This document shows positions 42,189-54,242 of a stretch of 64,000 nucleotides of DNA, piece after piece (within the stretch, counting starts at the first letter, position 1; each line of letters begins with the position of its first letter). The translations under genes were made by a program, and so were the position numbers. The DNA is from Escherichia coli. Lineage in GTDB: Bacteria > Pseudomonadota > Gammaproteobacteria > Enterobacterales > Enterobacteriaceae. The notes beneath the pieces are model-generated. The model was not told where the DNA came from. It made no database searches and saw only the letters and a list, made by a program, of their open reading frames with translations. Location: assembly GCF_003790525.1 (NCBI RefSeq), contig NZ_CP033635.1. One strand, 5' to 3'.

Positions 42189-43741
42189 ATGATGAGAACT
42201 GTATTTACGACTTTATCAGTCATATTCAGCGTGATGTTTTCTCACAGTATACTAGCTCAGGACGTTACTATTTATTATACGAATGATATTCACGCACATG
42301 TCAATCCGGCAAAAATTCCCGCTGTTGATAAGAACAGACTTGTAGGTGGTATGGCTAATATTGCAGGCATCGTTAATGAAGCGAAGAAAAAAAACAAAGA
42401 TGTCTTTTTCTTTGATGCAGGCGACTATTTTACCGGTCCGTATATCAGTACCCTGACCAAAGGTGAAGCTATTATTGATATCATGAACACCATGCCCTTT
42501 GATGCGGTGTCCGTTGGTAATCACGAGTTCGATCACGGCGTGCCCAATATGGTATCTCAGTTATCAAAAGCAAAATTCCCCATTCTGCTGGGAAATATTT
42601 ACTACACCGATACAAATAAACCAGTTTGGGATCATCCGTGGACCATTATCGAAAAAGATGGTTTAAAGATTGGTGTGATTGGATTGCATGGTGCATTCGC
42701 TTTCTATGATACAGTCGCGGCAAAAGCACGTGAAGGCGTAGAAGCCAGAGACGAAATTAAATATTTAAATAAAGCACTTGCAGAATTAAAAGGTAAAGTC
42801 GACATTACCGTTTTGCTAATTCACGAAGGTGTTCCGGCGCGTCAATCAAGCTTTGGTAGTAAAGATGTGGAGCGGCTACTACAGGCAGATATTGAGACAG
42901 CTAAAAAAGTGAATGGTGTTGATGTCTTAATTACCGGTCACGCACATGTCGGAACACCGCAACCAATAAAAGTTAATAACACATTAATTGTATCTACCGA
43001 TGCATACGGCACCGACATCGGAAAACTTGTGCTTGATTACAATCCGAAAACAAAGAAAATTGATAGTTATAATGGTGAGTTAATCACCATCTTTGCAGAT
43101 CAATTTAAACCTGACACCATCGTTAAAATACTATCGATAAATGGAGCGTAAAGCTTAACAAAATAACACAGGAAGTTGTCGGCCATTCTCCCGTAGTTTT
43201 AACACGTGAGTATGGCAGTTCTTCTTCTACCGGTAATCTTATTCTGGATGCAATGATGGAAAAAACACCTGATGCCATTGCCGGATTTCAAAATAGCGGT
43301 GGGATGCGAGCTGATTTTCCTAAAGGTGATATCACACTGGGAGATGTTATTAGCACATTCCCCTTTAATAATGACCTCATCGAGATGGATTTGACGGGCC
43401 GCGATCTCAAATCGTTGATGACGCATGCAACCAATCTAACTAACGGTGTGTTACAGGTTTCAAAAAGCGTTGCGGTTGTCTATGACAGCAAAAAACCACT
43501 CAACCAACGGTTAATCTCTTTCACCATTAACGGCAAACCCGTGGAAGATAATCAAACATATCGTATTGCCACGCACTCCTTTTGTGCCAGTGGTGGTGAC
43601 GGTTTTGAAGCATTTTTGAATGGAAAAAATGTGAAGACGATACCGGGAACAACCTCGGCGGAATCTATCATCGATTATTTCAAAAATCATAAACCTGTCA
43701 CCCCAGACTTAACTAAACGAGTCATGGACGTCGCCAAATAA
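42189..43741 (+). pseudogene. frameshifted UshA-family 5'-nucleotidase, paralogue 2
   Basis: ORF 42189..43151 (320 aa; signal peptide and metallophosphatase motifs) stops at taa 43149-43151; homology to paralogues 1 and 3 continues in the +2 frame from about 43127 through ORF 43253..43741. The frame break lies near 43128-43140. Confidence 0.75.
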
Positions 43742-43775
43742 AATATCATTTATCAGTCTATATATTTAACAAGGA

Positions 43776-45401
43776 ATGCGAATGAAAACAGTGCAGCGTA
43801 CTTTACTTGCCGCAACATTGCTGACTATTTTTTCGGTCTCAGTCATGGCGCAGGATGTCACGATTATTTATACAAATGATCTTCACGCTCATGTGGATTC
43901 TTATAAAGTGCCGTATATCGCAGACGGAAAACGCGACATTGGCGGCTTTGCCAATATATCTACTTTAGTAAAACAGGAGAAAGCGAAAAATAAAGCCACC
44001 TTTTATTTTGATGCTGGAGACTATTTCACCGGCCCTTATATCAGCAGTCTGACAAAGGGCGAAGCAATAATTGACATTATGAATACCATGCCTTTTGACG
44101 CAGTATCAATCGGTAATCATGAGTTTGACCATGGCTGGGATAATGCCCTGCGACAATTAAGCAAAGCGAATTTTCCTGTTTTATTGGGCAATGTTTATCA
44201 TAAAGAGAGTGAGAACCCCTTCTGGAACAAGCCCTACACCATCCTGGAAAAAGATGGCATCAAGATTGGTATTATTGGGCTACACGGCGTATTTGCATTT
44301 AATGATACGGTCTCGGAGCTCTCTCTCCAGGGACTCGATAATGACAATAATAACCGCTTTGATAAATCTTCCGAGACCCTTAAGAATCAGGGGATTGAAG
44401 CACGTGATGAAGTGAAGTATTTGCAGCATTATATCGACGAGTTACGTGATAAGGTTGACCTCACTGTGGCGCTGGTTCATGAAGGCGTTCCGGCGCGTCA
44501 GTCCAGCATTGGCAATACAGATGTTAGACGCGCTCTTGATAAAGATATTCAAACCGCTAGCAAGGTGAAAGGATTGGATATTCTGATTACCGGGCATGCC
44601 CACGTCGGAACGCCAGAACCAATCAAAGTCGGCAACACCTTAATCCTTTCAACTGATAGTGGAGGTATCGATATTGGTAAATTAGTCCTTGATGTCAACC
44701 CTACAGCTCGTACCCATAAAATGAAGAGCTTTGAGCTGAAAACAGTTTATGCCGATGAATGGATACCCGATCCAACGACACAAAAAGTTATCAATGGCTG
44801 GAATAAAAAACTGGCGGATATTGTACGCCAACCAGTGGGTGAATCATCGATTGCATTAACTCGCGCCTATGGTGAGTCATCGCAACTAGGCAACCTGTTT
44901 ACCGATGCAATGCTTGTCGCTGCTCCGACTGCACAGATTGCATTGATAAACTCCGGCAGCTTACGTGCGGATATAAATGCAGGCACGATTACCTTTGGCG
45001 ACATTACCAGTACATTCCCCTTCAAGAATGAACTTACTGAAATGGATCTCAGCGGTAAGGATCTGCGTAACCTACTGGAACACGGGGCATCGCTTACCAA
45101 TGGCATCCTGCAAATGTCAAAAGGCGCAGAAATGCGCTATACCCCGCAGAAACCAGTAGGTCAGCGCATAGTATCTTTTAAAATTAATGGTGAAGAGATC
45201 GTTGATACGAATATTTACCATGTTGCAACAACGACTTTCCTTGCACTGGGGGGCGATGGTTTTCTGGCATTCAAAGAAGGGAAAAATGTTCAGGTCCGCG
45301 CCGGAAATAACATGTCCGATGTCGTGATCGATTATTTGAAGAAAGGCCACAAGATTACGCCTGCACAGGTAAATGAAATGCGGGTGGACGTTAGCAAATA
45401 A
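43776..45401 (+). CDS. secreted bifunctional metallophosphatase / 5'-nucleotidase (UshA/CpdB family), paralogue 3
   Basis: 541-aa ORF; signal peptide (…SVMAQD), NDLHAH / GDYFTG / GNHEFDHG motifs; closely similar to paralogue 1 apart from a ~20-aa insertion. Confidence 0.85.
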   Translation: MRMKTVQRTLLAATLLTIFSVSVMAQDVTIIYTNDLHAHVDSYKVPYIADGKRDIGGFANISTLVKQEKAKNKATFYFDAGDYFTGPYISSLTKGEAIIDIMNTMPFDAVSIGNHEFDHGWDNALRQLSKANFPVLLGNVYHKESENPFWNKPYTILEKDGIKIGIIGLHGVFAFNDTVSELSLQGLDNDNNNRFDKSSETLKNQGIEARDEVKYLQHYIDELRDKVDLTVALVHEGVPARQSSIGNTDVRRALDKDIQTASKVKGLDILITGHAHVGTPEPIKVGNTLILSTDSGGIDIGKLVLDVNPTARTHKMKSFELKTVYADEWIPDPTTQKVINGWNKKLADIVRQPVGESSIALTRAYGESSQLGNLFTDAMLVAAPTAQIALINSGSLRADINAGTITFGDITSTFPFKNELTEMDLSGKDLRNLLEHGASLTNGILQMSKGAEMRYTPQKPVGQRIVSFKINGEEIVDTNIYHVATTTFLALGGDGFLAFKEGKNVQVRAGNNMSDVVIDYLKKGHKITPAQVNEMRVDVSK

Positions 45402-45413
45402 TAAAAAAATTAT

Positions 45414-45447
45414 AATGCCATTCATTCACTGAATGGCATTATTTTCT
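45414..45447 (+). terminator. intrinsic terminator after paralogue 3
   Basis: Hairpin aatgccattca ... tgaatggcatt followed by attttc. Confidence 0.65.
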
Positions 45448-45478
45448 CTAAATCAACAATAGATAATGAGATATATTT

Positions 45479-46339
45479 ATGTGTATAAAAAAGCACGGGA
45501 TAGCTTTATCGATTCTATTAATACCTTGCATTGGAAACGCTCAGGAAATTAAAAGTGAGGAAGGCTGGTTACATCAAAGCTTGAATGTCATTGGTCGCAC
45601 AGACTCTCGCTTTGGCCCAAGGCTGACTAACGACCTCTACCCTGAATATACTGTAGCAGGAAGAAAAGACTGGTTTGATTTTTATGGTTATGTTGATCTA
45701 CCAAAATTCTTTGGCGTCGGCAGTCACTATGATGTTGGGATCTGGGATGAGGGCTCACCACTATTTACGGAAATAGAACCTCGGTTTTCCATTGACAAAT
45801 TGACCGGATTAAATCTTGCGTTCGGCCCTTTTAAAGAATGGTTCATTGCAAACAACTATGTCTATGATATGGGTGACAACCAGTCATCCCGGCAAAGTAC
45901 ATGGTATATGGGGCTTGGTACAGATATCGACACGGGTCTACCAATTAAGCTTTCTGCCAATATATACGCCAAGTATCAGTGGCAAAACTATGGTGCCGCT
46001 AATGAAAATGAATGGGACGGATATCGATTCAAAATAAAATATAGCATTCCTCTTACCCATTTATTCGGAGGGCGATTGGTATACAATAGTTTTACTAACT
46101 TTGATTTTGGCTCCGATCTTGCGGACAAATCACACAATAATAAACGAACCAGTAATGCTATTGCTTCAAGCCATATCCTTTCCCTGCTATATGAACACTG
46201 GAAATTTGCATTTACACTACGTTATTTTCACAACGGTGGACAATGGAATGCTGGGGAGAAAGTTAACTTCGGAGATGGTCCATTTGAATTAAAAAACACA
46301 GGATGGGGAACCTATACTACTATTGGTTATCAATTTTAA
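45479..46339 (+). CDS. Tsx-family nucleoside-specific outer-membrane channel
   Basis: 286-aa ORF with signal peptide; strong similarity to E. coli Tsx ([69 protein letters not shown]-terminal ...GYQF). Confidence 0.88.
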   Translation: MCIKKHGIALSILLIPCIGNAQEIKSEEGWLHQSLNVIGRTDSRFGPRLTNDLYPEYTVAGRKDWFDFYGYVDLPKFFGVGSHYDVGIWDEGSPLFTEIEPRFSIDKLTGLNLAFGPFKEWFIANNYVYDMGDNQSSRQSTWYMGLGTDIDTGLPIKLSANIYAKYQWQNYGAANENEWDGYRFKIKYSIPLTHLFGGRLVYNSFTNFDFGSDLADKSHNNKRTSNAIASSHILSLLYEHWKFAFTLRYFHNGGQWNAGEKVNFGDGPFELKNTGWGTYTTIGYQF

Positions 46340-46518
46340 ATCAGGTGATGTTTTAGATATTTTTACTTAATGCCATTTTGTAATTGTCATAAATAACTTC
46401 ACCATTCACACTGTGAATTCATCGCTCAACACAAAAGCCCCCTTATTACCGGGGCACTGACCAAAGGCAAAATGACAATCAATCACCACCTCCGCAGGAG
46501 GTGGTTTAGAGGTGACAA

Positions 46519-46548
46519 CAAAAGCTGGCAACTGCCAGCTTTTGTTCA
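46519..46548. terminator. bidirectional intrinsic terminator between the Tsx-like gene and metL
   Basis: Inverted repeat caaaagctggca / tgccagcttttg flanked by A/T runs on both strands. Confidence 0.7.
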
Positions 46549-46555
46549 ATAATCA

Positions 46556-48988
46556 CTACAACAACTGCGCCAGACGGTTAATATCCGACTGAATCGCCCC
46601 GGCGGTGACATCGCGCCCTGCACCTGGCCCGCGGATCACCAGCGGGTTGTCGCGATACCAGCGGCTTTCGATGGCAAAGACGTTATCGCACGGTAGTAGT
46701 GATGCCAGCGGATGGTCTTCTCGCACCGCTTCCACGCCTACTCGCGCTTTGCCGTTGGCATCGAAACGCGCCACGTAGCGCAACACCAGCCCCATTTCAC
46801 GGGCCGCTTCCAACCGTTGTACCATCTGCTCATTAAGTTCATCGCCATTTTCAAAGAAATGGTCGATGCTTCCACCTTCGCAATGGGTTGGCACCAGTGA
46901 TTCAACACGCACCTGGTCCGGTTCAATGTTGTAACCCGCTTCACGCGCCAGAATCACCAGCTTGCGCATCACGTCTTTGCCGGAAAGGTCATCACGCGGA
47001 TCAGGCTCGGTTAAGCCCTGCTGCCACGCCTGATCCACCAGCTCGGTAAACGGCACGCTACCGTCGAATTGCAGGAACAGCCAGGAGAGCGTGCCAGAGA
47101 AGATCCCACTGATCGACAAAATGGTATCGCCGCTGTCGATCAGATCGCGCACGGTATGGTTGATCGGCAAACCCGCACCGACAGTGGCATTGTACAGCCA
47201 GTGACGCCCGGTTTTTTCGAAGGCGTCGTGGATCTGGCGATATTTATTGCTGTCGCTGGCTCCCGCCAGTTTGTTGGCGCTGATGACGTGGAAACCGTGG
47301 CTGGCAAAATCGAGATACTGATCAGCAAGCTGCTGGCTGGCGGTAACGTCCAGCACCACTAAATCATCATACGGATGGGCGCGCATCCACAGGAACAGCG
47401 ACTCTTCATCCTGCTCGACCGCTTCATCGTTGAAGAAGGCTAACGCGCGGCTGGCGTCCAGCCCGTCATAGCTCAACAGGCTGCGGCGGCTGTCCACCAC
47501 GCCTGCCAGCACAAATTCAAAGCCGGTACGCGCCGAAAGCGTGCTCTGCTCACGGGCGAACAGTTCCAGCCAGCGGGAACCGATATTGCCCTTGCCGAAC
47601 AATACCAGGCCGATGCGTTTTTCCGCGCGAAAGACGGACTGATGCAGACCCTGAATCAGGCTTTCGGTCGGCCCGGTGCGCAGTACTGCCACCAGGCTGA
47701 TGCCGTCATCGGACTGCCAGGTAAATTCGACCGGCTGGCCTTTCAGTTGCTGCCAGAAGCGGTGGCAATGCAGCGGGTTACGGGTTACGCCCGCCCCAAC
47801 CATCGCCACCAGCGCCAGCCCCTGACGCAGGCGCAGTTCGCCAGGTAATCCCGCTTCGTCGAGAATTTTCAGCGCACTGTCAGCGACTTCTGAGGTGTAG
47901 CAAAATTGCAGCAACTGGCGATCGTTATGTACGCCAACCGCCAGTGGGCGCACCTGAGCACGTTTCAGGATCTGGTCGATCTCTTTATGCGCCAGTTTGA
48001 AATCCTGACTGGCGGGCACCTGAAACTCAATCAAACAGACATCATCGTGGCTGGTGACAATACGCGCGCCAGTACCTGAGGCCAGCACGCGTTCAATGCG
48101 CGTGGAACCTTGATCCGGCGTGTAGCTACAGCGCAGTTGCAGGTCGATTTCACTACCGGATACTGGCTGTAAAGTACGGGCGTGAAGAACGGGGGCCGCC
48201 AGACGCGCCAGTTCACTGGCTTCATCAAGACGCAGCAATGGCAGCAGACAGGCATCTTTCACTTTACGCGGGTCGGCGCTGTATACCCCGGCGACGTCGC
48301 TCCAGATGGTTACGCGAGAAACACCCGCCAGCGCACCGATTTGTGTCGCGGAATAGTCGGAACCGTTACGCCCCAGCAGCACCGTTTCACCGGCGTTGTT
48401 ACGGCTGATAAACCCGGTCACCACCAGACGTTTGCCCGGATGTTGTACCAGTAGCTGTTGCAGCAACGGGTAAGAAAGCCCTTCATCAACCTGCGGCTGC
48501 GCGGCGCGTTCAGCGCGTAAAAACTCGCGGGCATCAAGCCAGGCCGCTGGCAGCCCTTGTTGATTAAGTACCGCAGACATCAGGCGCGCCGACCACACTT
48601 CACCGTGGCCCACCACTTCTGCATACACCGCATCGTTAATACCGCTGTCGAGCAGCGCCGCCAGGCGTTCCAGATCGCTGACAAAAGCGCTAATGAGGCT
48701 ATCGGCTTCTTCAGCGGGTAGCAGGCCGCTAATCAGATCGCACTGATAACGACGTAGCGTTTGTTGAACCTGATGCGCAGAGAGACGATCGGTCTGGCTT
48801 AGTTTCAACCAGTTAATCAACTGGTTAGTGGTGCTACCGGCGGCGGAAACCACCATCATATCGTCAGGCTGAGAGTACTCCGCCATAATGCCCGCGACAC
48901 GCAAATAACACTTCACATCAGCCAGACTACTGCCACCAAATTTATGCAGTTGACGACCTTTCGCCCCTGCCTGCGCAATCACACTCAT
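46556..48988 (-). CDS. metL: bifunctional aspartokinase II / homoserine dehydrogenase II
   Basis: 810-aa ORF directly downstream of metB. Confidence 0.95.
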   Translation of the reverse strand: MSVIAQAGAKGRQLHKFGGSSLADVKCYLRVAGIMAEYSQPDDMMVVSAAGSTTNQLINWLKLSQTDRLSAHQVQQTLRRYQCDLISGLLPAEEADSLISAFVSDLERLAALLDSGINDAVYAEVVGHGEVWSARLMSAVLNQQGLPAAWLDAREFLRAERAAQPQVDEGLSYPLLQQLLVQHPGKRLVVTGFISRNNAGETVLLGRNGSDYSATQIGALAGVSRVTIWSDVAGVYSADPRKVKDACLLPLLRLDEASELARLAAPVLHARTLQPVSGSEIDLQLRCSYTPDQGSTRIERVLASGTGARIVTSHDDVCLIEFQVPASQDFKLAHKEIDQILKRAQVRPLAVGVHNDRQLLQFCYTSEVADSALKILDEAGLPGELRLRQGLALVAMVGAGVTRNPLHCHRFWQQLKGQPVEFTWQSDDGISLVAVLRTGPTESLIQGLHQSVFRAEKRIGLVLFGKGNIGSRWLELFAREQSTLSARTGFEFVLAGVVDSRRSLLSYDGLDASRALAFFNDEAVEQDEESLFLWMRAHPYDDLVVLDVTASQQLADQYLDFASHGFHVISANKLAGASDSNKYRQIHDAFEKTGRHWLYNATVGAGLPINHTVRDLIDSGDTILSISGIFSGTLSWLFLQFDGSVPFTELVDQAWQQGLTEPDPRDDLSGKDVMRKLVILAREAGYNIEPDQVRVESLVPTHCEGGSIDHFFENGDELNEQMVQRLEAAREMGLVLRYVARFDANGKARVGVEAVREDHPLASLLPCDNVFAIESRWYRDNPLVIRGPGAGRDVTAGAIQSDINRLAQLL

Positions 48989-48990
48989 TT

Positions 48991-50151
48991 TTACCCCTTG
49001 TTTGCAGCCCGGAAGCCATTTTCCAGGTCGGCAATTAAATCTTCGCCATCTTCAATACCGGTGGAGATACGCAGCAGCGTCTCGGAGATCCCGGCGGCAG
49101 CACGCGCTTCTGGTGCCATGCCTGCATGTGTCATGGTTGCGGCGTGAGAGATTAAACTTTCCACTCCCCCTAATGATTCCGCCAGCGTAAACAACGACAG
49201 CCCACCCAGGAAACGACGCAGCGTCTGCTCATCGCCATCCAGTTCAAAACTCAACATTGCGCCAAAGCCTTTTTGCTGGCGCGCGGCAATTTCATGCCCC
49301 TGATTTTCCGGCAGCGACGGGTGATACAGTTTTTTCACCAACGGCTGGGTTTGTAGATATTTCACAATCGCCTGCGCGTTGCGCTGGGCCAGCTCCATAC
49401 GCGGCACCAGCGTTCGCAAACCACGTAGCAGCAGATAGCTGTCAAACGCGCCGCCCGTCACGCCAATATTGTTTGCCCACCAAGCAAGTTCAGTGACAAC
49501 GTCCGGGTCTTTAGCAATCACCACGCCAGCCACCACGTCTGAGTGACCGTTCAGATATTTCGTGCATGAATGCAACACCAGATCGGCACCTAATGCCAGC
49601 GGATTTTGTAATGCCGGGCTTAAGAAGGTGTTATCCACCACGCTCACCGCCCCGGCTTCCCTTGCCAGATGGCAGATTTTCGCAATATCCACGACGCGTA
49701 ACAATGGATTACTTGGGCTTTCTACCAGTACCAGTTTGGGGTTTTCTGCCAGCGCTGCCCGTAATGCCTGTTCATCGCCTTGATCAACAAACAACACGCG
49801 ATAGCAACCGCGTTTTGCCAGACTGTCGAACAGGCGATAGCTACCGCCGTAGCAGTCGTGCGGCGCAACCAGCAGATCGCCAGGTTTCAAAAAGACGGTC
49901 GTTACCAGGTGAATCGCGGACATGCCGGTATTAGTAAGTACGGCACCGGCACCGCCTTCCAGTTCTGCCAGCGCACGCTGAACCACATCGCGCGTTGGGT
50001 TGCCACGACGCGAGTAATCATGCGCGCGCGGTTCATTAAATCCGGTAAAGTTATAGGTGCTGGAAAGATGGATGGGAGGGACAACGCAACCATACTGTTC
50101 GTCGTCATTTAACCCGCTACGCACTGCGATGGTGGCCTGTTTACGCGTCAT
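48991..50151 (-). CDS. metB: cystathionine gamma-synthase
   Basis: ORF 48991..50328; product from MTRKQATIAVRSGLNDDEQYGCVVPPIHLSSTYNF (386 aa); the 59-codon upstream extension would run through the met operator and is rejected. Confidence 0.95.
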   Translation of the reverse strand: MTRKQATIAVRSGLNDDEQYGCVVPPIHLSSTYNFTGFNEPRAHDYSRRGNPTRDVVQRALAELEGGAGAVLTNTGMSAIHLVTTVFLKPGDLLVAPHDCYGGSYRLFDSLAKRGCYRVLFVDQGDEQALRAALAENPKLVLVESPSNPLLRVVDIAKICHLAREAGAVSVVDNTFLSPALQNPLALGADLVLHSCTKYLNGHSDVVAGVVIAKDPDVVTELAWWANNIGVTGGAFDSYLLLRGLRTLVPRMELAQRNAQAIVKYLQTQPLVKKLYHPSLPENQGHEIAARQQKGFGAMLSFELDGDEQTLRRFLGGLSLFTLAESLGGVESLISHAATMTHAGMAPEARAAAGISETLLRISTGIEDGEDLIADLENGFRAANKG

Positions 50152-50213
50152 GTGATGAAGTTCCCTGGGCTTGGTCGGTGAAATGTCAGGCACCAGAGTA
50201 AACATTGTGTTAA

Positions 50214-50245
50214 TGGACGTCAATACATCTGGACATCTAAACTTC
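50214..50245. promoter_or_regulatory. MetJ operator (four tandem met boxes) in the metB-metJ divergent region
   Basis: tggacgtc aatacatc tggacatc taaacttc: four contiguous 8-bp repeats resembling AGACGTCT. Confidence 0.8.
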
Positions 50246-50427
50246 TTTGCGTATAGATTGAGCAAATCCCAAATAGCCGTTAAAATTATATGCATTATCA
50301 CGCCGACAGGTGCATTACACGATGTCACGGTAGCGCCTGTACGGTAAACTATGCGGGTTTACGGTCAGTACCCACATTAACTATGTGGTCTGGTCTCAAT
50401 TTATTGACGAAGAGGATTAAGTATCTC

Positions 50428-50745
50428 ATGGCTGAATGGAGCGGCGAATATATCAGCCCATACGCTGAGCACGGCAAGAAGAGTGAACAAGTCAAAAAGA
50501 TTACGGTTTCCATTCCTCTTAAGGTGTTAAAAATCCTCACCGATGAACGCACGCGTCGTCAGGTGAACAACCTGCGTCACGCGACCAACAGCGAGCTGCT
50601 GTGCGAAGCGTTTCTGCATGCCTTTACCGGGCAACCTTTGCCGGATGATGCCGACCTGCGTAAAGAGCGCAGCGACGAAATCCCGGAAGCGGCAAAAGAG
50701 ATCATGCGTGAGATGGGGATTAACCCGGAGACGTGGGAATACTAA
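50428..50745 (+). CDS. metJ: methionine repressor
   Basis: ORF 50290..50745; product from [66 protein letters not shown] (105 aa). Confidence 0.95.
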
Positions 50746-50804
50746 AGCGGAAAAGAGCGGCGCGGAGTTAACCAGCCGCTTTTTTCATACATGGACGTTT
50801 AACG

Positions 50805-51413
50805 ATGAAAATCAGGCTACTGATCCTCAGCCTGCTGGTTTCTGTGCCTGCCTTTGCCTGGCAGCCGCAAACTGGCGACATCATCTTTCAAATCTCTCGC
50901 TCATCGCAAAGTAAAGCGATCCAACTGGCGACCCATTCCGATTACAGCCACACCGGTATGCTGGTGATGCGTAACAAAAAGCCCTACGTTTTTGAAGCGG
51001 TCGGCCCGGTGAAATACACCCCGCTCAAGCAGTGGATCGCCCACGGTGAAGATGGCAAATACATTGTTCGCCGCGTTGAAGGTGGGCTGAATACCGAACA
51101 ACAGCAAAAACTGGCGCAAACGGCAAAACGTTATCTCGGCAAACCGTATGACTTTAGTTTCTCGTGGAGCGACGATCGCCAGTACTGCTCGGAAGTCGTT
51201 TGGAAGGTTTATCAGAACGCGCTGGGAATGCGCGTGGGCGAGCAGCAGAAGTTGAAAGAGTTCGATCTCAGCAACCCGCTGGTCCAGGCAAAGCTCAAAG
51301 AACGTTACGGCAAGAATATTCCGCTTGAGGAAACGGTAGTTTCACCACAAGCCGTTTTCGATGCGCCACAACTCACTACGGTCGCCAAAGAATGGCCGCT
51401 GTTTTCGTGGTAA
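50805..51413 (+). CDS. yiiX: YiiX-family putative lipid-binding hydrolase (secreted)
   Basis: 202-aa ORF with signal peptide (MKIRLLILSLLVSVPAFA); position between metJ and rpmE as in K-12. Confidence 0.88.
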   Translation: MKIRLLILSLLVSVPAFAWQPQTGDIIFQISRSSQSKAIQLATHSDYSHTGMLVMRNKKPYVFEAVGPVKYTPLKQWIAHGEDGKYIVRRVEGGLNTEQQQKLAQTAKRYLGKPYDFSFSWSDDRQYCSEVVWKVYQNALGMRVGEQQKLKEFDLSNPLVQAKLKERYGKNIPLEETVVSPQAVFDAPQLTTVAKEWPLFSW

Positions 51414-51432
51414 TACGACCAAAATTCAGGCA

Positions 51433-51461
51433 CAAAAAAAGCGCCGTGCGGCGCTTTTTTC
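51433..51461. terminator. bidirectional intrinsic terminator between yiiX and rpmE
   Basis: aaaaaaagcgccgtgcggcgctttttt: GC hairpin flanked by A-run and T-run. Confidence 0.8.
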
Positions 51462-51473
51462 GGAAATCCGGTC

Positions 51474-51725
<252 letters not shown>

Positions 51726-51729
51726 CTAA

Positions 51730-54087
<2,358 letters not shown>

Positions 54088-54242
54088 ACCGCTCACGATG
54101 CGAGGCGGATCGAAAAATTCAATATTCATCACACTTTTCATGAAAATTCTGTAACCGTTTTCACGCGCTATCTGCTAAAAATGTTGCCGATGTGAAGTAA
54201 ACATGGATGTAGTACGCCTGACGTGCCAGGCGAGGAGTGAGT

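Noticed and set aside
46436-46506. Additional hairpins gcccc...ggggc (46436..46458) and caccacctccgcaggaggtggt (46485..46506) between the Tsx-like gene and metL, considered as a structured small RNA
   Set aside because: No promoter-like element or conserved sRNA sequence was recognised; they are more simply explained as part of a composite terminator or islet-junction region.
38930-46555. Possibility that the metF-metL islet is a prophage remnant, integron or IS-bounded transposon
   Set aside because: No integrase, recombinase, attachment-site-like direct repeats, tRNA gene or recognisable terminal inverted repeats were found by eye; the only transposase-like feature is the ambiguous zinc-ribbon of the Cys-rich ORF.
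48991-50328. N-terminal extensions of track ORFs beyond the recognised start codons (metB 445 vs 386 aa, priA 756 vs 732, btuB 629 vs 614, pflC, frwD, eptC, argE, argB, oxyR, gldA, yijE, katG, metJ, zapB, murI, menA)
   Set aside because: The track extends each frame to the most upstream in-frame ATG. The extensions run through promoters or operators (for example the met boxes upstream of metB) and the recognised protein N-termini begin at internal methionines, so K-12-like starts were used.
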